This document shows positions 28,194-41,919 of a DNA stretch of 64,000 nt, in pieces. The notes under the pieces were generated by a model. That model saw only the letters and a list, made by a program, of their open reading frames with translations, had not been told where the DNA came from and ran no database searches. This DNA is from Octopus sinensis. Taxonomy: Eukaryota. Positions within the stretch are counted from its first letter, which is position 1, and the number at the start of each line of letters is the position of its first letter. The translations under genes were made by a program, and so were the position numbers. The DNA lies in contig NC_043007.1 of the NCBI RefSeq assembly GCF_006345805.1, positions 72,044,001-72,108,000 of the forward strand, written 5' to 3'.

Positions 28194-28316
28194 TGCGTGC
28201 GCCTCTTTTATTATGTTGATTAGTCAAAGTTACACTCCGACACTTCAGGATTCTTGTTCATAGAAATGAATCGAGAGGTACTTTTTTCTGCCGTTCGTAC
28301 TAACGTTAGTATGTAT

Positions 28317-28384
<68 letters not shown>

Positions 28385-28560
28385 GTATATATATATATAT
28401 ACATATATGAGCGAGTGGACAAATGAAAGAAAAGGGCACTCAACACATTTAGGAGTTACATCTATTATTTAAAACAGCTTGATCCAGTTTCGTGTTGCTT
28501 CAAGTTTCGCAGGCCCCCGCGGCAGCTCCTGTCCTTCAGACTTTGAATTGCTGAACGAAG

Positions 28561-28591
<31 letters not shown>

Positions 28592-28960
28592 CTAGCAGTA
28601 TCACCCGGCGTTGCTTTAGAATTGGAATTTTTGAAAAGTAAAAATTTTGCATTATGTAGCTTGTTATTCTCTTTAAGTGAACATTTTCTGGTTGAAATAC
28701 ACGAAAAATGGCGACAGTCAAAAAATCGTTAAAAAATAGGGATTTTCATAGAAAAAAAAGCACCTTTTTTATGTAAATCATTTTTGGTGTTAACATGGTC
28801 CGATTTGAATTTTTTCTTCTGCGGAAGGAAAAGCAAGCCTTCTTCTATCATACTCTCAATTTTGGTCAACTTGCGCCGCAGGGTCTCGGAGGAGATAGTG
28901 TTAGTTGAAGGCTACCAAACCTGCCATACACAGACAACTTCAGCTTTATATATATATAGA
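28592..28960 (-). mobile_element. Non-autonomous Helitron
   Basis: Minus strand starts TC (A|TCTATATATATATAAAGC) and ends CTAG|T after the GC-rich subterminal GCAACGCCGGG; inserted at AT without TSD. Confidence 0.75.
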
Positions 28961-29531
28961 TAATTGGTACGTGTTCACAAAGTCCAAACGATTAATATGA
29001 AAAAACCCTCCAGGCTACATCCAGAAAATTCAATTCTTTACCGAATTTCTACGATGTTTACGGCGATTCGTTTTTATATCTTAATTTTTTATTTTTCATG
29101 CAATTTACGCATGCTTGCACGCGTGGTGAACACAGTTCACGTCAAGCAGCTGACTGAGTAAAGTTCACTATTCAATGCATGGGATAAGGCCTAAACAAAC
29201 ACATATCGATTTTTGCGCTTGCATGATGAATAGCGCAGTTCAAATTTCATTCACCTAAACCTTAAGTGACCCATTTTTGTTGATTCTACGATTTGTTGGC
29301 TAGGAGGAGATGTGCCGGGGAGTTAAACACACAGACACACAAGTTGAGTTTTATATATAGAGATACACACACACAAACACACACACACAACACACACACA
29401 CACACACACATATATATTGAGAGAGGGAGGGAGAGAGAAAGATTTTCTCTGATATATGCCATGAATATATACCACTACCTATATATGTATGTATGCGAGT
29501 GTATATATATGTGTGTATGTGTGTGTGTGTG

Positions 29532-29571
<40 letters not shown>

Positions 29572-30341
29572 TGTATGCGTGTGCGTATATATACATTGAT
29601 ACATGCGCAGGCATACATACATACGTATATATGGAGAATCAGAAAGAGAGGTAGACAGTGAAATCACATTACCATTATCTCTATAATCATGACATCTGAC
29701 ATGAGAAAAAATTAGCAAATGTGTGAGGAACCAACAAATATTAACTGATTGAGAAAGCAAGGCACTTGTAGTAACAATAGCACTGATAGTAACAGCAGCA
29801 ACAGCTGCAACCAGTAGCATCAGCATCAACAGCAGCAGCAGTGGTAGTAGCAGTAGCAATAGTAATAGTAGTAGTAGCAGTAGTAGTAGTAGTTAAAAAG
29901 AAAAAAAATACAGCAATGAGTATGTGCTAAATGTTTTTAGTAATTTGTCCAACCTTGTTTCTCTGTTCATATCTCGTCTCACAAGGGTTAATTTTGTAAT
30001 TTAACCCTTAATTACGCTTTGTACACGTCTTTAAAAGTAGGGGGTCTTATCTCCATATACATACACACACATACTCACAAAATAGAAACGTCATCAAAAT
30101 ATATATATTTATTTTTTTAATGTTATAAAGTCTGAAACGTTCGAGAGAAGAATAACCAAATTGTTGCGACATTCATGCATTTCCAAAAACTTTAAGGAAT
30201 CCCATTCGCTAATAGATGGCACGGTTTGCCTATGTATTACAGTGAAATTGCGAGAATTTGAACCCAAGGTTGCTGATAAATTTAAATGAGATCTTCATTT
30301 GGTGTCTAATTCGTGAAAAATACAAAACTGAAATGCTAGAA

Positions 30342-30560
30342 CAGTGGTTTTCAATCAGGGTTCCGCGGAACCTTAGGGTTCCACCAGTACAGTCCAGGGG
30401 TTCCGCAAGAAGTTACAAAACTGCTAAAATCAGCTGTAATTTTTAATTCTCCTGTGCAGATATGTGTGCATAAGACTATTAAATTATTGCACAGGGATTC
30501 CTCGAGCCAGTGGAATGTTTCCTTGGGGTTCCGCTCCAGCAAAAATGTTGAAAAGCACTG
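30342..30560. mobile_element. hAT (Charlie/Buster-like) MITE
   Basis: TIR CAGTG.TTTTCAA; perfect 8-bp TSD TGCTAGAA; subterminal GGGTTCC repeats. Confidence 0.9.
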
Positions 30561-30980
30561 TGCTAGAAAATAATATTTTAATGGAATTATTGGCAGTGAG
30601 CGATCGTCTGAACTTGTTGGCTGCGAGGGCGAATTGTACATTATATTCGGTAACAAAAGCAGTAGTAGGAACAAAAGAGCAGTAGAGATACAAGTGCGTA
30701 AAACTTCTGCATTTTGTCCGTCCTTCGTCCTGAGTTTGAACTCAAGTCCCAATTTCTATTTCATCTTCGCGAGTACGATTGAAACGTCGGTGATGTGTCC
30801 GGTCATAGAAAATCGTTAATGGAAATATCAAAACAGCAATAATATCACCATTTGAAATTGGTAATGAAATACGTATTGGAATACACACTGGATATGGATT
30901 CAGTGTCTCATTAGCAATTGATCTAAGCCAAAATGTACCCATGTTCTAGGGAAAGGAATGCCATCTTAATTACTAGATAC

Positions 30981-31400
30981 TTGCTTAGCGGCATTTCATC
31001 AATCGTTACGTTTTGAGATCAAATTCCGTCGAGGTCATCTTTGTCTTTCATATTTTCGAGATTGGTAAAATAAGTACCTATTTCTTTATTATTCACAAGG
31101 GGCTAAACATAGAAGGGACAAACAAGGACAGACATAGGTATTAAGTCGATTACATCGACCCCAGTGCGTAACTAGTACTTAATTTATCGACCCCGAAAGG
31201 ATGAAAGGCAAAGTCGACCTAAGCGGAATTTGAACTCAGAACGTAACGACAGACGAAATACCGCTAAGCATTTCGCCCGGCGCGCTAACGTTTCTGCCAG
31301 CTCGCCGCCTTTGGTAAAATAAGTACCAGCGGTACACTTGGATTATCGTATTCAACTTAACCGAAATTGCTGGCTTTGTGCCAGAATTTAAAATCAATTA
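30981..31400 (+). mobile_element. Old SINE A copy hosting a nested insertion
   Basis: Sequence resumes after the insertion at AAGTACCAG. Confidence 0.75.
31079..31310 (-). mobile_element. Young SINE A long variant nested antisense in an older SINE A
   Basis: 17-bp TSD TTGGTAAAATAAGTACC at 31062-31078 and 31311-31327. Confidence 0.95.
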
Positions 31401-31560
31401 CTTGATACTTGGCTCCAATAGCTTAAAAAACATAAACTGGGTTTGATAGCAGCATGATAATAAAGTGACGAAATTTAAAACATTCCAAAAATCAATAAGT
31501 TACTCATGAAAATAAGTTAGACTAAAACCTAGGGATGAGAAAATGGTAACTCTAGAATTG

Positions 31561-31640
31561 GATTGAGGGAGTTGCGAATGCGATATATTCAGGTAATATT
31601 GAATTGAGGGAGTAGAGAATGCAATATATTCAGGTAATAT
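31561..31640. repeat. About 40-bp tandem duplication
   Basis: ATTGAGGGAGT..GAATGC.ATATATTCAGGTAATAT occurs twice. Confidence 0.85.
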
Positions 31641-32355
31641 ATTGCATTCACGGCTGAAGCAAGTAGTAAAGAATTCATGTGGAATTCTTTAAATATTTGT
31701 AAATATTATAAATAGCATTACAATAATGATATTTATAATAAAACGACTTGTGAAGGTGTAAAATGGTAGACAGCATGTTATAATTAAGAAGCCTTTTCAA
31801 TGGTGGAACTCGATGAAGATAAAGATATAAATAATAGCGAGTAAATATTGGGTTGAAAAAATATAAAGGACCTTTAACAGAAAATCTAGGTGAAAATTAA
31901 GTATCCCTCAAATAGGCAATGCCACTCGTCAATGTTGCGCAAGTTTTAATCCTGGAAAGTATAAAAGAAGAAAATACTCTTACATCAATGTTTCAACAGA
32001 AACTCAAATTCGTAGTTATTTTTCGTTGTACAAAGTTCGTTAGGATCTAAACTTTTAACAAGAAGGAAGCTCTACATTAGTCTCTCGATTTGCAAGAAAT
32101 ATCAGTTAAATATCTCTATCGTGATCTCCATAAAGCACAACACCCACAAAAAAGAAAAACAAAACTGAATGCTGAACTACTTAACATATTTAGAGCCACC
32201 AAATCGGATATTTTCTGGTGCAATTAGTTCTATTATAAACCTTCAAACTTCGCATAAAAGAAGTAAAACAACAATTATATATATAAAAAAAAAAAAATTA
32301 TTAACTCCCCAGAAATGTTTTGGGGCTTTTTATCTCAAAACGTTATACGATAATA

Positions 32356-32491
32356 TTTTTTCTACTCTAGGCAAAAGGCCCGAAATTTTGTGGGAGGGAG
32401 GGGGGGGCAGTCTATTAGATCGACCCCAATATGCAACTGGTACTTAATTTATCGACTCCGAAAGGATGAAAGGCAAAGTCAACCACGGCGG
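32356..32491 (-). mobile_element. SINE A, 5'-truncated
   Basis: Similarity to the 1143-1278 copy. Confidence 0.8.
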
Positions 32492-33559
32492 GTTATACAA
32501 GAATATTACAACCTACATCCTTTAGTACAATATATAAGTGCAAGTTTAAATATTTATGACACAAATTTTAGAACCATTCACTTACAAGAGCTGTGTATTT
32601 TCTGATTATATTTTTGACATTTTGTATATCTTAGCTTAAAAATATTTCAAATATTTAGTTGACTTTCTAAATTAGCAGAAGAAATATATAAGGACATATT
32701 GTCTAGCTGTTAAGTACAAGAAAATGTACTTAACAGATTTTGAAACACGAGAAAAATACTATATTCTATTGCTACTAAAATGAAGAGAATTGGTTTACGA
32801 AATGAATAAGTAGAGAAATTATGTGGAAAGTCGGTTCCGTTCCCTCCAAAAGTATTAACTACAAGTAGCGTGACGAAGAAAATTCTCTCATTTGAAACCG
32901 GAAGAAATTAGTTGGTTCATAAATTTAACAACTACAAGGAAATGTTCCATAAAGCTGATTGAATTAAATAAGTTTACAGGTATAGGAGACGAATGGAATG
33001 GAACACTGTTACACACAGGAAACCTAAACATTTTGGGCTGAAATATATTCTTGGTTCAATTCCAAAATTTGTTGTCAGCCCATCTACCGCCAAAATCTTC
33101 CCTTAAATGCTACGTTATATTACACTCTCACATACTCGATAGAGCTGTATTTTGGCCATTCTTGTAACTTCAAATTTTTATTTATCCATTTATACCGAGA
33201 CAATACATACATACATACATACATACATACATACATACATACATACATGCACGCACACTCACACATGCATAAATACATACTCATATATACAAACATATAT
33301 ACACATGCAATGTATATTTGCATGCACATTTGTACTTTTATGTATGAACATACACATACACAATTTGTTGTAACGATAGACATGCACGTAAATATACAGA
33401 ATATTTTGCAGCCACTTACATGCATGAATACGCATACATGCGTTTCTAATGAAACTAGTCTCCTTACACTATACTCTGTATGTTACCCTTTATCCTACAT
33501 ATCTCACGAACCTGGCTACTAATCAGAAGTCCCATAATTAGTTAAGTTCTTTTGTTAAC

Positions 33560-34600
33560 TAACATGTTTTGTCACCCAAGATATCAGGTTTATTGACATC
33601 AAGACTAACAAGCATTTGTTTCTTTGGTGAAAAAAATTTAATTTTTCCCCTGGAAAAATTCGTGTCTGTATTTCCTATTTGATATTACATATAATACTGC
33701 AATATCTCCTTGTTACAAATGCATCATCAGTGAACAAGAAAGCGACGTAGTTGTATATCCGATGCAACAGTTAAAATCATGACGTTTACAATTTTCATAT
33801 TTACATTGAAATTTATAAATCACTTTGGTTATCTCTGCCGCTTATAGGTTTGTGGTTTCCTGCTGATGTGGAAGTTTCTATTTTAAATTCTAGTATTTTT
33901 GGAATATTTTCTTGCAATTAGTTTTTGGATGAGTTCTCTTTTTTATTTATGATTTTTTTAATAATATATTTTGCTCTGATTTTAATTCTTTTTCATGACA
34001 AATTTATTCAAGCTATAAGCATGGCCCGTGTATTCTTTTTTAACTAAGCGTTGTGTCTGTTATATCTGATTGGATTAATTTGTCTTCGTATTGTTCTACA
34101 GCTTGCTGCCCTTAACTTGTTCGGGCATCTGTTGTTGACCAGCGTTTGCTGAATTTCCCTCTTGTAAGGTACCTTTTGTAAATAAGAATTTAAAAGAGAT
34201 TTGGAGAGAATATTTTACTGCTGACATTTTATATCTGTATAAGAACTCACAGATAAATTTACATCTAAAAATGGACATAGTTGTTTCAGTTAAATTTGGC
34301 TCTGTGCTGTGTTAAATATTGAATTTGAGAATGGAATTGTTTAATAAACCTTCTCTTAGTTTAAGAACGACGTACCGGTTGTGAACGTTTGGTTATGTTC
34401 CAGATTTTCTTTGCTCTGAATGTTGTTCTTGTCAAACAGTAAATATGAGCCTGAGTTGAGAACTTCGTCCTATTGAGTATGTGGGCAAAAGAAACGAATT
34501 TCAGGTCTGCATGGCAGCAAGATGATTCTTATATTTCTTAAATTTGCATACTTAGTGTTATTGTTTCTGAACGTTTATAACAGTTATCTTATATTGTTCA
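33560..34600 (-). pseudogene. Decayed Penelope-like element ORF (RT C-terminal region plus GIY-YIG endonuclease)
   Basis: Minus translation gives KVIYKFQC and CIGYTTTSLS..L..HL*QG at ~33700-33830 (GIY-YIG signature) and PFLDV upstream. Confidence 0.6.
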
Positions 34601-34619
34601 AATTCTCTTCTTGTTTGGG

Positions 34620-35008
34620 AGATTCATAAATAGGCCTGAAATTTTGGGGGAGGTGACTTGTCGATTTTATCGACCCCAGTGTTTCACTGGTACTTGATTT
34701 ATCGATTCCCAAATGATGAAAAACAAAGATGACCTCGGTGGAACTTGAACTCAGAACGGAGCGGCAGACGAAATACCTATTTCTTTACTACCCACAAGGG
34801 ACTAAACACAAAGGGGACAAACAAGGACAGACAAATGGATTAAGTCGATTATATCAACCCCAGTGCATAACTGGTACTTATTTAATCGACCCCGAAAGGA
34901 TGAAAGGCAAAGTCGACCTCGACAGAATTTGAACTCAGAACGTAGCGGCAGACGAAATACCACTAAGCATTTCGCCCGGCGTGCTAACGATTCTGTCAGC
35001 TCGCTGCC
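34620..35008 (-). mobile_element. SINE A dimer (long + diverged short)
   Basis: Same AAAGAAATA|GGTATTTCGTCTG junction at ~34777. Confidence 0.9.
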
Positions 35009-35194
35009 ATACAACAACAACAACAACAGTAACAGTAAAGTGAAGTGCAATTGTCTGAGTCCCACGATCTCTCATAAAATCTCTTGGTAAACAAGTACAA
35101 CTCAAAGTTGTATGTACGTAAGCGTATGTGTGTATACATGCATATATACATCTTACATACACATATACGCACATGCACACACACACATATACAT

Positions 35195-35271
<77 letters not shown>

Positions 35272-35854
35272 AGTAAACACACACACATGCGCAAATAGGA
35301 AGGAAAAGCTATAAAGATTTTGTATAGATATAATCGCCTTTAAAGTAAGAGAGTTTCAGATTTCCTTCAAGTTGAGGACAAACAAAGGTAGTGTAATCAT
35401 TGATGACGTAAATTAAGATGGATTTCAGTAAAATCACACACGGCACGGATTGACCTTTTTTTGAAACAATAATGACACCGAAGACATCTTAAATAGTTTT
35501 ATCTCCTGGTAACCTTTAACGATATATACAGAGGGTGAGTTCTGCTACAGCTTGTCTCAGATGAGAGCCTAGATTAATAATACAAAATAGAACGTAGCAC
35601 ATACAAAAACATATTTTAAACCGATTGCCAACCCGTACCATTACAAGCTGATAGACAATGACATAGATACGTATATAATCACCAGTATATTCACAAAAAC
35701 ACTACTCTACACGAATATATACTGCAAACGTATAGGTTTTCAACAATTTCACAACTCGATCAATTGTAGGTATCACTTGATGAATAATGATCTTTCTGAA
35801 GGACATTGCGTTTATCAGAGCAAGACGCTACACTTTATATTATTGGAGTTCAGT

Positions 35855-36200
35855 TATCTTTTATCTTTTACTTGTTTCAGTCAATTATACGGTGGTCATG
35901 CTGGGGCACTACTATGAAGAATTTCTAATCGAATGAATCGAGCCCAATATTTAGTTATTTTTTTAAAACCTGGTACTCATTCTATCGTTTTTTTCCCCCA
36001 AACAACGATTGTCAGGCGCTGGTGGTGGAGAAACACAAACACACACAGAGACACACACACACATACATACAATGGGCTTCTATCGAATACATTCGCAATG
36101 TTTTAGTCGGCCCGAGGTTACTGTATAAGGTGTCACACAATGAGACTGAACCTGAAGCCATGACGAGAAACATACTTCTTACCACACAACCATGCCTGCC
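35855..36200 (-). mobile_element. Decayed SINE B
   Basis: Tail and head motifs are recognisable, with deletions. Confidence 0.7.
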
Positions 36201-36214
36201 CATGGTTGTGATAC

Positions 36215-37787
36215 CAGGGGGTTGTAAAAAATTAATTAATGAAAAGTAAATTGCAATATATTGGTCCAATTAATTGATTGGATTCGTACTGTCAATTAAG
36301 GCTCATACTTCATTCGACATTCAATTGGCAAATACAACATTCTATTGAAGTATTGTATTGATGCTCTGTTCTGACTGCTGAGAATGATTCACACATTCTG
36401 TCGTACTTAGGAGTTGACTATTGTGTATGTTGTCAAGTGGTGATGCTTGATTCGGACTACTGAGAATGATACGCATTCTGTCATGCTTGGGAATTGGCTA
36501 TTGTGCATGTTGTCAAATAGCCGCTGTCGAGTGTTGGCGCTTGGTTATGATTTCCGAGAATGATTCTCACATTCTGTCTTCAAGTCATTAAATCGTAACT
36601 TTGCTTGCAACGCGGTTGTATATTGAATTCCGCTGCAACATATTAACTGAATCAGACTTTCATCAGTTGAGTGGCGAAATATCTTCTATTTTAAACTGTG
36701 GCAAAATATATATAATTTTTATTTAAAAATAATCCATACCGAGAGAAAATGAGTGCACACGTATGGAAATGCAAGTGTGAGAAAAAGTTAACCCAGAAAA
36801 AACGAAGTGGATGGCTAAATCTTTTGAATCATAAAAAAAAACAGCATCCAGAGTATTCTACTACACAAGCAACTGGGCAACCATTTTTATCGAGTTTTCT
36901 TTCACCAAGAAGTAGTTTGGTCATTCGCTCAGCCTTAAATGTTTATGGTTGGATTGAGTGGGTATGTGTTGGTTTAAAACCATTTCCCTTTACCGAAGAC
37001 CCACTGACTTGTAAGTACACAAACCTGGGAAATATGACAAATGTGACCTTAAAGAAATACCTGACGAAACTTACTCAAGAAGTGGAAAAGAAAACATCTG
37101 ATGAACTTCCAATTAAATTTTCGTTGGTAATCGACGTTCGGACTAAGGGACTTTTTGCATCTTATTCGTGCAATTATAAAAACGACTATTGTACTGCTTC
37201 GCTGTCATTTTCGCCAATGGTAAGTGAAATATCATTCATTGCTTCTGATTATATCGAATCTATAGAGTATGTGTTAAGTGTCTATGACAAAAATTTAGAA
37301 AATGTTGTAGCTATTACAGAAGATAATACTGAAGTGAATACTATAGCGAATTAGTGTAGAATACCATTGATTGGATGTGCCTCTGCAATTGTTCATGATC
37401 TTTTGCTATTTTAGACTGTTTCACTTGTGCTAATCGTTTGAGAAACTCTTTCAATTAAAGATCTTCAATTTATTTGTTTTTCAACTACTGTACAATGTAG
37501 AGTATAGATGTTGTTTGTTCCCTATTCTAAATCAATAGAATTGAACTTTGAACGTTTACTGATTATAAAGGTTTTTGAAACTTATAAGGCGTACCTTTTA
37601 TTTTCCTATCATTTCGGCTCTTTTCTAAATCGAAGCTAACACTCTAAAATATATGGTGCTTTTACGTTCGGCAAAACAATTGAAAATTAATTGCAATAAT
37701 TGATTGACTTGCATCCCAATTAAAATTAATTGATTGATAGGAAAATAATTGAGTGGAAAGGTTCCAATCAATTATTTACAACCCCTG
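36215..37787 (+). mobile_element. Internally deleted hAT DNA transposon
   Basis: TIRs CAGGGG(G)TTGTAAA / TTTACAACCCCTG; 8-bp TSD TGTGATAC/CGTGATAC; subterminal CAATTAATTG-like repeats. Confidence 0.9.
36749..37387 (+). pseudogene. Truncated hAT transposase
   Basis: BED-finger-like WKCKC..SGWLNLLNH..QHP, YGWIEWV, FSLVID, TEDN; beyond the stop the frame continues CRIPLIGCAS (CxxH region) and then breaks. Confidence 0.8.
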
Positions 37788-38674
37788 CGTGATACTAACC
37801 TTATGATCTGCTGTGGGTAATAAGTGTAATACACGAAGAAAGTTAACGAAACTTCTTTTGCTAAACTGATAATATTTTCTTTTCCCTTTTTGTCCTTTTC
37901 TTCACAGTATCAAAAAATATGAGATATATACTCTCAGAACCCCACAGACTCTCAGAAGATCCCAACAAGCTATTTTGGTGCAGCTGAAAATCTATGGTTA
38001 CTAAAGAATTGTGTAGTAAACATTACAAGTTAAACTTCAACGTTGTTTTATGTGGGCTGTTAAACAAACGAGAAAATGTTAAACTGCGAGAAACTGGGTT
38101 CCATAACGCATTAGGTTATAAAGACACTACTAGTTGTTGTTGTTTAATTCCAGCCAGATTTCACCGATAACATCTTGATCAAAGGCGTTTCAGCGTGACT
38201 ATTCCCTCTTTTTACTGTACATTATCTTCCCCTATTTAAGATGGTAAGGTATGATTTGATGGTGATTTGGCTACTATTTCTAGCTTGTTCATTAATCACA
38301 TTGTAGTTCCATTGTTTCTACACAAGAATCTAGTGAGTAGCAGAACATGTAATATCATTCTCCAAACTCTGTGCACAAGCAATAGAAGTGAATGTAACAC
38401 GGCAAGTTCATGATATATTGATTAAAGTAGCAGTACCTCTATCAATCGCGATCAATATCATCCTTAGGTACTTATTTGCAGCTCTGAGGAATAGACTGTT
38501 CAGAATTCAGTCTTCTTTACTTGAACATTATAGCATTGGCAACACATGTTCCTTAGGCTCGTTCTCTGCTAATCACTTACCAAACTTATTATCAGTAACT
38601 TGCCATCGTCAGCCAAAGATCAGGATAATTCATTCGCCACAGAGTAAGAAGTTTGACGATACTTTATTTTATGA

Positions 38675-38906
38675 AGGCGGCGAGATGACAGAAACGTTAG
38701 TACGCCGGGCGAAATGTGTAGCCGTATTTCGTCTGCCGCTACGTTCTGAGTTCAAATTCCGCCGATGTCGACTTTGCCTTTCATCCTTACGGGGTCAATA
38801 AATTAAGTACCAGTTACGCACTGGAGTTGATGTAATCAACTTAATCCGTTTGTCTGTCCTTGTTTGTCTCCTCTATGTTTAGCCCCTTGTGGGTAATAAA
38901 GAAACA
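38675..38906 (+). mobile_element. SINE A long variant, full length
   Basis: TSD GATACTTTATTTTAT. Confidence 0.9.
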
Positions 38907-38934
38907 GATACTTTATTTTATTCTTAGTTAATTA

Positions 38935-39190
38935 TCTTTTGGCATTTAGCTTTTATTCATTAAAGTCATTAGACTGCGGCTATGCTGGGACACCGCCTTG
39001 AAAAATGTTTAATCGAATGAATCTACTCCAGCACTTACTTTTCTAAAGCTGTAACTTACATAAGCACACTAACACCAGTTGTCAACCGGTGTTGGGGGAC
39101 AAACACGGACACACACGTATATCTATATACATACATAAACACATGACGGGCTTCTTTCAGTTTCCGTCAACCAAATCCACTCACAAGGCA
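38935..39190 (-). mobile_element. SINE B, partial
   Basis: Similarity to other B copies. Confidence 0.75.
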
Positions 39191-40175
39191 TTCGATTTTC
39201 GAATCTTATTGGATTCCATCAGAAGCGTGTACATCAATTTGGCCAATTAATTTAACTTCTACGAATATCTCCCTTAGCCTTCTCGTTCAGAGTTAATCAT
39301 TAACAAAACTTATTTATTATCACTATTGCTGTCAATTTATTTAATTAATGAGTTATCTGGCCCACTATATTAAGCAGATTAGTACCACTTTGCTACTTGT
39401 TTTCCGTGCTGCTGGCATTCCTGGGTATTTCTCATAACAACAATATACCATGTTTATGTACAGACAGAAATAGTATGGAAGTGTATTAGTTGCGCATACC
39501 ACATCTATAACTTGGAAATAATTTGGCAGAAAGATTTATTTTCGTTCTTAGACAAAAAAAGAAGAAGAAGAAGAAGAAGACAAAGAAAGAAGGCATCTTG
39601 TTAAAATGTTTCGATTAGTTTTGTGAGGATGAAATTCTACTCTGTTATATTGTTGTATTGCTGGTTCTTATCGAGTTTAACATTTAACGCCAACTCATTC
39701 ACGGTAGTTTGTTCGACGAGACACAACACGTAAAAATTAACAAGGTAAAGGATTTTGAGCCAATCATTTTATTAGAGTTTAAACGAGGTGAATAACATTA
39801 AAACCGGGTTAAGCTTCACAGATTACCTATTACGGTACTAGTTTTATAATATTATTTTCTCTGACCAACAACCAAGAACATATTTTAGAGAAGAGAAAAT
39901 GCAAAGAGTGATTGATATTCAGGCCTTTTGAAAGAGCTTTTGGCAGTGAACGTAAAATTGAAATGCCTCGAGTGTAAATTGAAAACGCATCATAAGTTTC
40001 GTCTTGACGAGAGCTTAGGTTTATAAAGTGGTACTCGCTACTACCCGTTTCAGAATATTTATTTCCCATATTGGCGTATAGCTGCAAATTTAAATATACT
40101 TATTTATAGGGTGGATCACGCACAAAATAAGTTCAATACGCTCTAGAATTGTCAAATTGAATAAAATAAATGTAT

Positions 40176-40242
40176 GTCATTATTCCTTTTATTTCAAGAT
40201 TCTAGGCTCCTTCATTGGAATTTCAACATCAATAACGGGGTA
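40176..40242 (-). mobile_element. Short PLE-type repeat fragment (same family as 60357-60449)
   Basis: Shared GTCATTATTCC.TTTATTTCAAGAT...CTTCATTGGAATTTCAACATCAATAAC.GGGTAT next to (TATG)n. Confidence 0.55.
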
Positions 40243-40353
40243 TGTATGTATGTATGTATGTATGTATGTATGTATGTATGTATGTATGTATGTATGTTTG
40301 TTTGTCTGTATGTATGTATGTATGTATGTATGTATGTATGTACGTACGTATGT

Positions 40354-40705
40354 ATGGTGAGACTGTACGATAAGAAGCTTACTTCCCACAACATTTTCTG
40401 GGTTCAGTCCCACTGCGTGGCACCTTGGGCAAGTGACTTCTACTCTAGCCTCGGGCCGACCAAAGTCTTGTGAGTGGATTTGGAAGGCGGAAACTGAAAG
40501 AAGCCTATCGTGTGTATATTTATATGTATGTGTCTTTGTGTCTGTATTCCCCACCACCACCACCAACACTACTGCTTGACAACCAGTGTTGGTGTGTTTA
40601 TGTACTCGTAACTTAGCGGTTCGGCAAAAAGAAATTCGCTAAAATAAGTACTAAGCTCGCAAAGAATACGTCCTGGGCTAGATTACTTCGACTAAAGCCC
40701 TTTAA
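40354..40705 (+). mobile_element. SINE B
   Basis: Head, CORE-like segment and 3' module present. Confidence 0.85.
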
Positions 40706-40709
40706 GTAC

Positions 40710-41380
40710 TGAACGGGAGAATTGGTTTTCAAATGACAAAAAGGAGTATCATAAAGGATATCACAAAAAAAACCTTATCAAGAGATAGTGAACTTTGTGA
40801 CCCAAGCTGTTGCCACTTTAAATAGAGAAACTATAAAGCGTGCTTTTGATTGTTGTGGAGTTGCTCCTCATGGAGAGACTATAGAACACAGCCTCTTAAG
40901 CTCACTCTTACAGGATGTTTTGTCTTGAGGTAAATGTGCCAGATGCACATAATGACAAAATTGAAGAAGATGGGATACAAGTAAGTGAAATTAGCTCTGA
41001 TGTGAATTATGACCAAGCAACAAATGAAGAAATTTGTGATATTTACCCATAAATGCCCAAGGACATTATTTGGTCATACGAAGCTTCTAGTCATGTTTTA
41101 AACAGTTTAATTTTCAATATTTCCTAATAGATCCATTGTTAACTTCAGAATATTTTTTAATATGCTACTTCTTTTAAGGCTGTTTCAGTTTCTTTATGTC
41201 TATATATCTAATAACAGAAAAGATAGAAATTCAATGGAATTGTATAAAATGAATATGGTTTTTGAGAATATCTTTGTTTTTCCTAAGTGAAATGTTCTAC
41301 TTCCATATTACAGCCCACGGGCACTTATTACAGGTGGGCGGTTATTTAAGCCCTGGCGGATTTTCGGAAAACTTCGATAT
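40710..41380 (+). mobile_element. pogo/Tigger-like transposon 3' fragment
   Basis: YQEIVNFVTQAVATLNRETIKRAFDCCGV resembles the pogo transposase C-terminus, followed by an acidic tail and GGCGGTTATT-type end repeats. Confidence 0.5.
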
Positions 41381-41480
41381 ATACATACATACATACATAC
41401 ATGCATGCATGCATACATATATGCATGCATACATGCATACATGAATACATACATACATACATGAATACATACATACATCA

Positions 41481-41516
<36 letters not shown>

Positions 41517-41919
41517 TCAATCAAATTCCCAATGACTAAATATTAGTATCACGCTTGAAACTCGGAGTACCAACAAATTTGAATCACAGTTTTGATACAC
41601 ACACACACAAGCACACACGCGCGCACACATATTCATGTATGTAGAATATATATATATATACATACACAATATATATATGTATATATGCATGCATACATAT
41701 CGGCACACACACACACACATACATACATATATATACACGCATACAGACATGTCTGCGTTGCATATACATATCTATCCATCTCTCTGTCTATATCCAACCA
41801 GACAGACAGACAAACAGACAGCAGACAAACAGAAATAAAAGATACGAGGAGTTTTCGTCAGAGTGACTCAAACTAACAGGTATGCATTCTGTGTGTGTGT
41901 CTGTGTGTCTGCGTGTATG

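Noticed and set aside
36378-36580. CRISPR-like repeat-spacer array
   Set aside because: The spacers resemble one another and the repeats lie inside a eukaryotic hAT element
38130-38330. Fourth short repeat family, with similar pieces near 7290, 58217 and 61680
   Set aside because: Similarity is visible only in short patches and boundaries cannot be supported by eye
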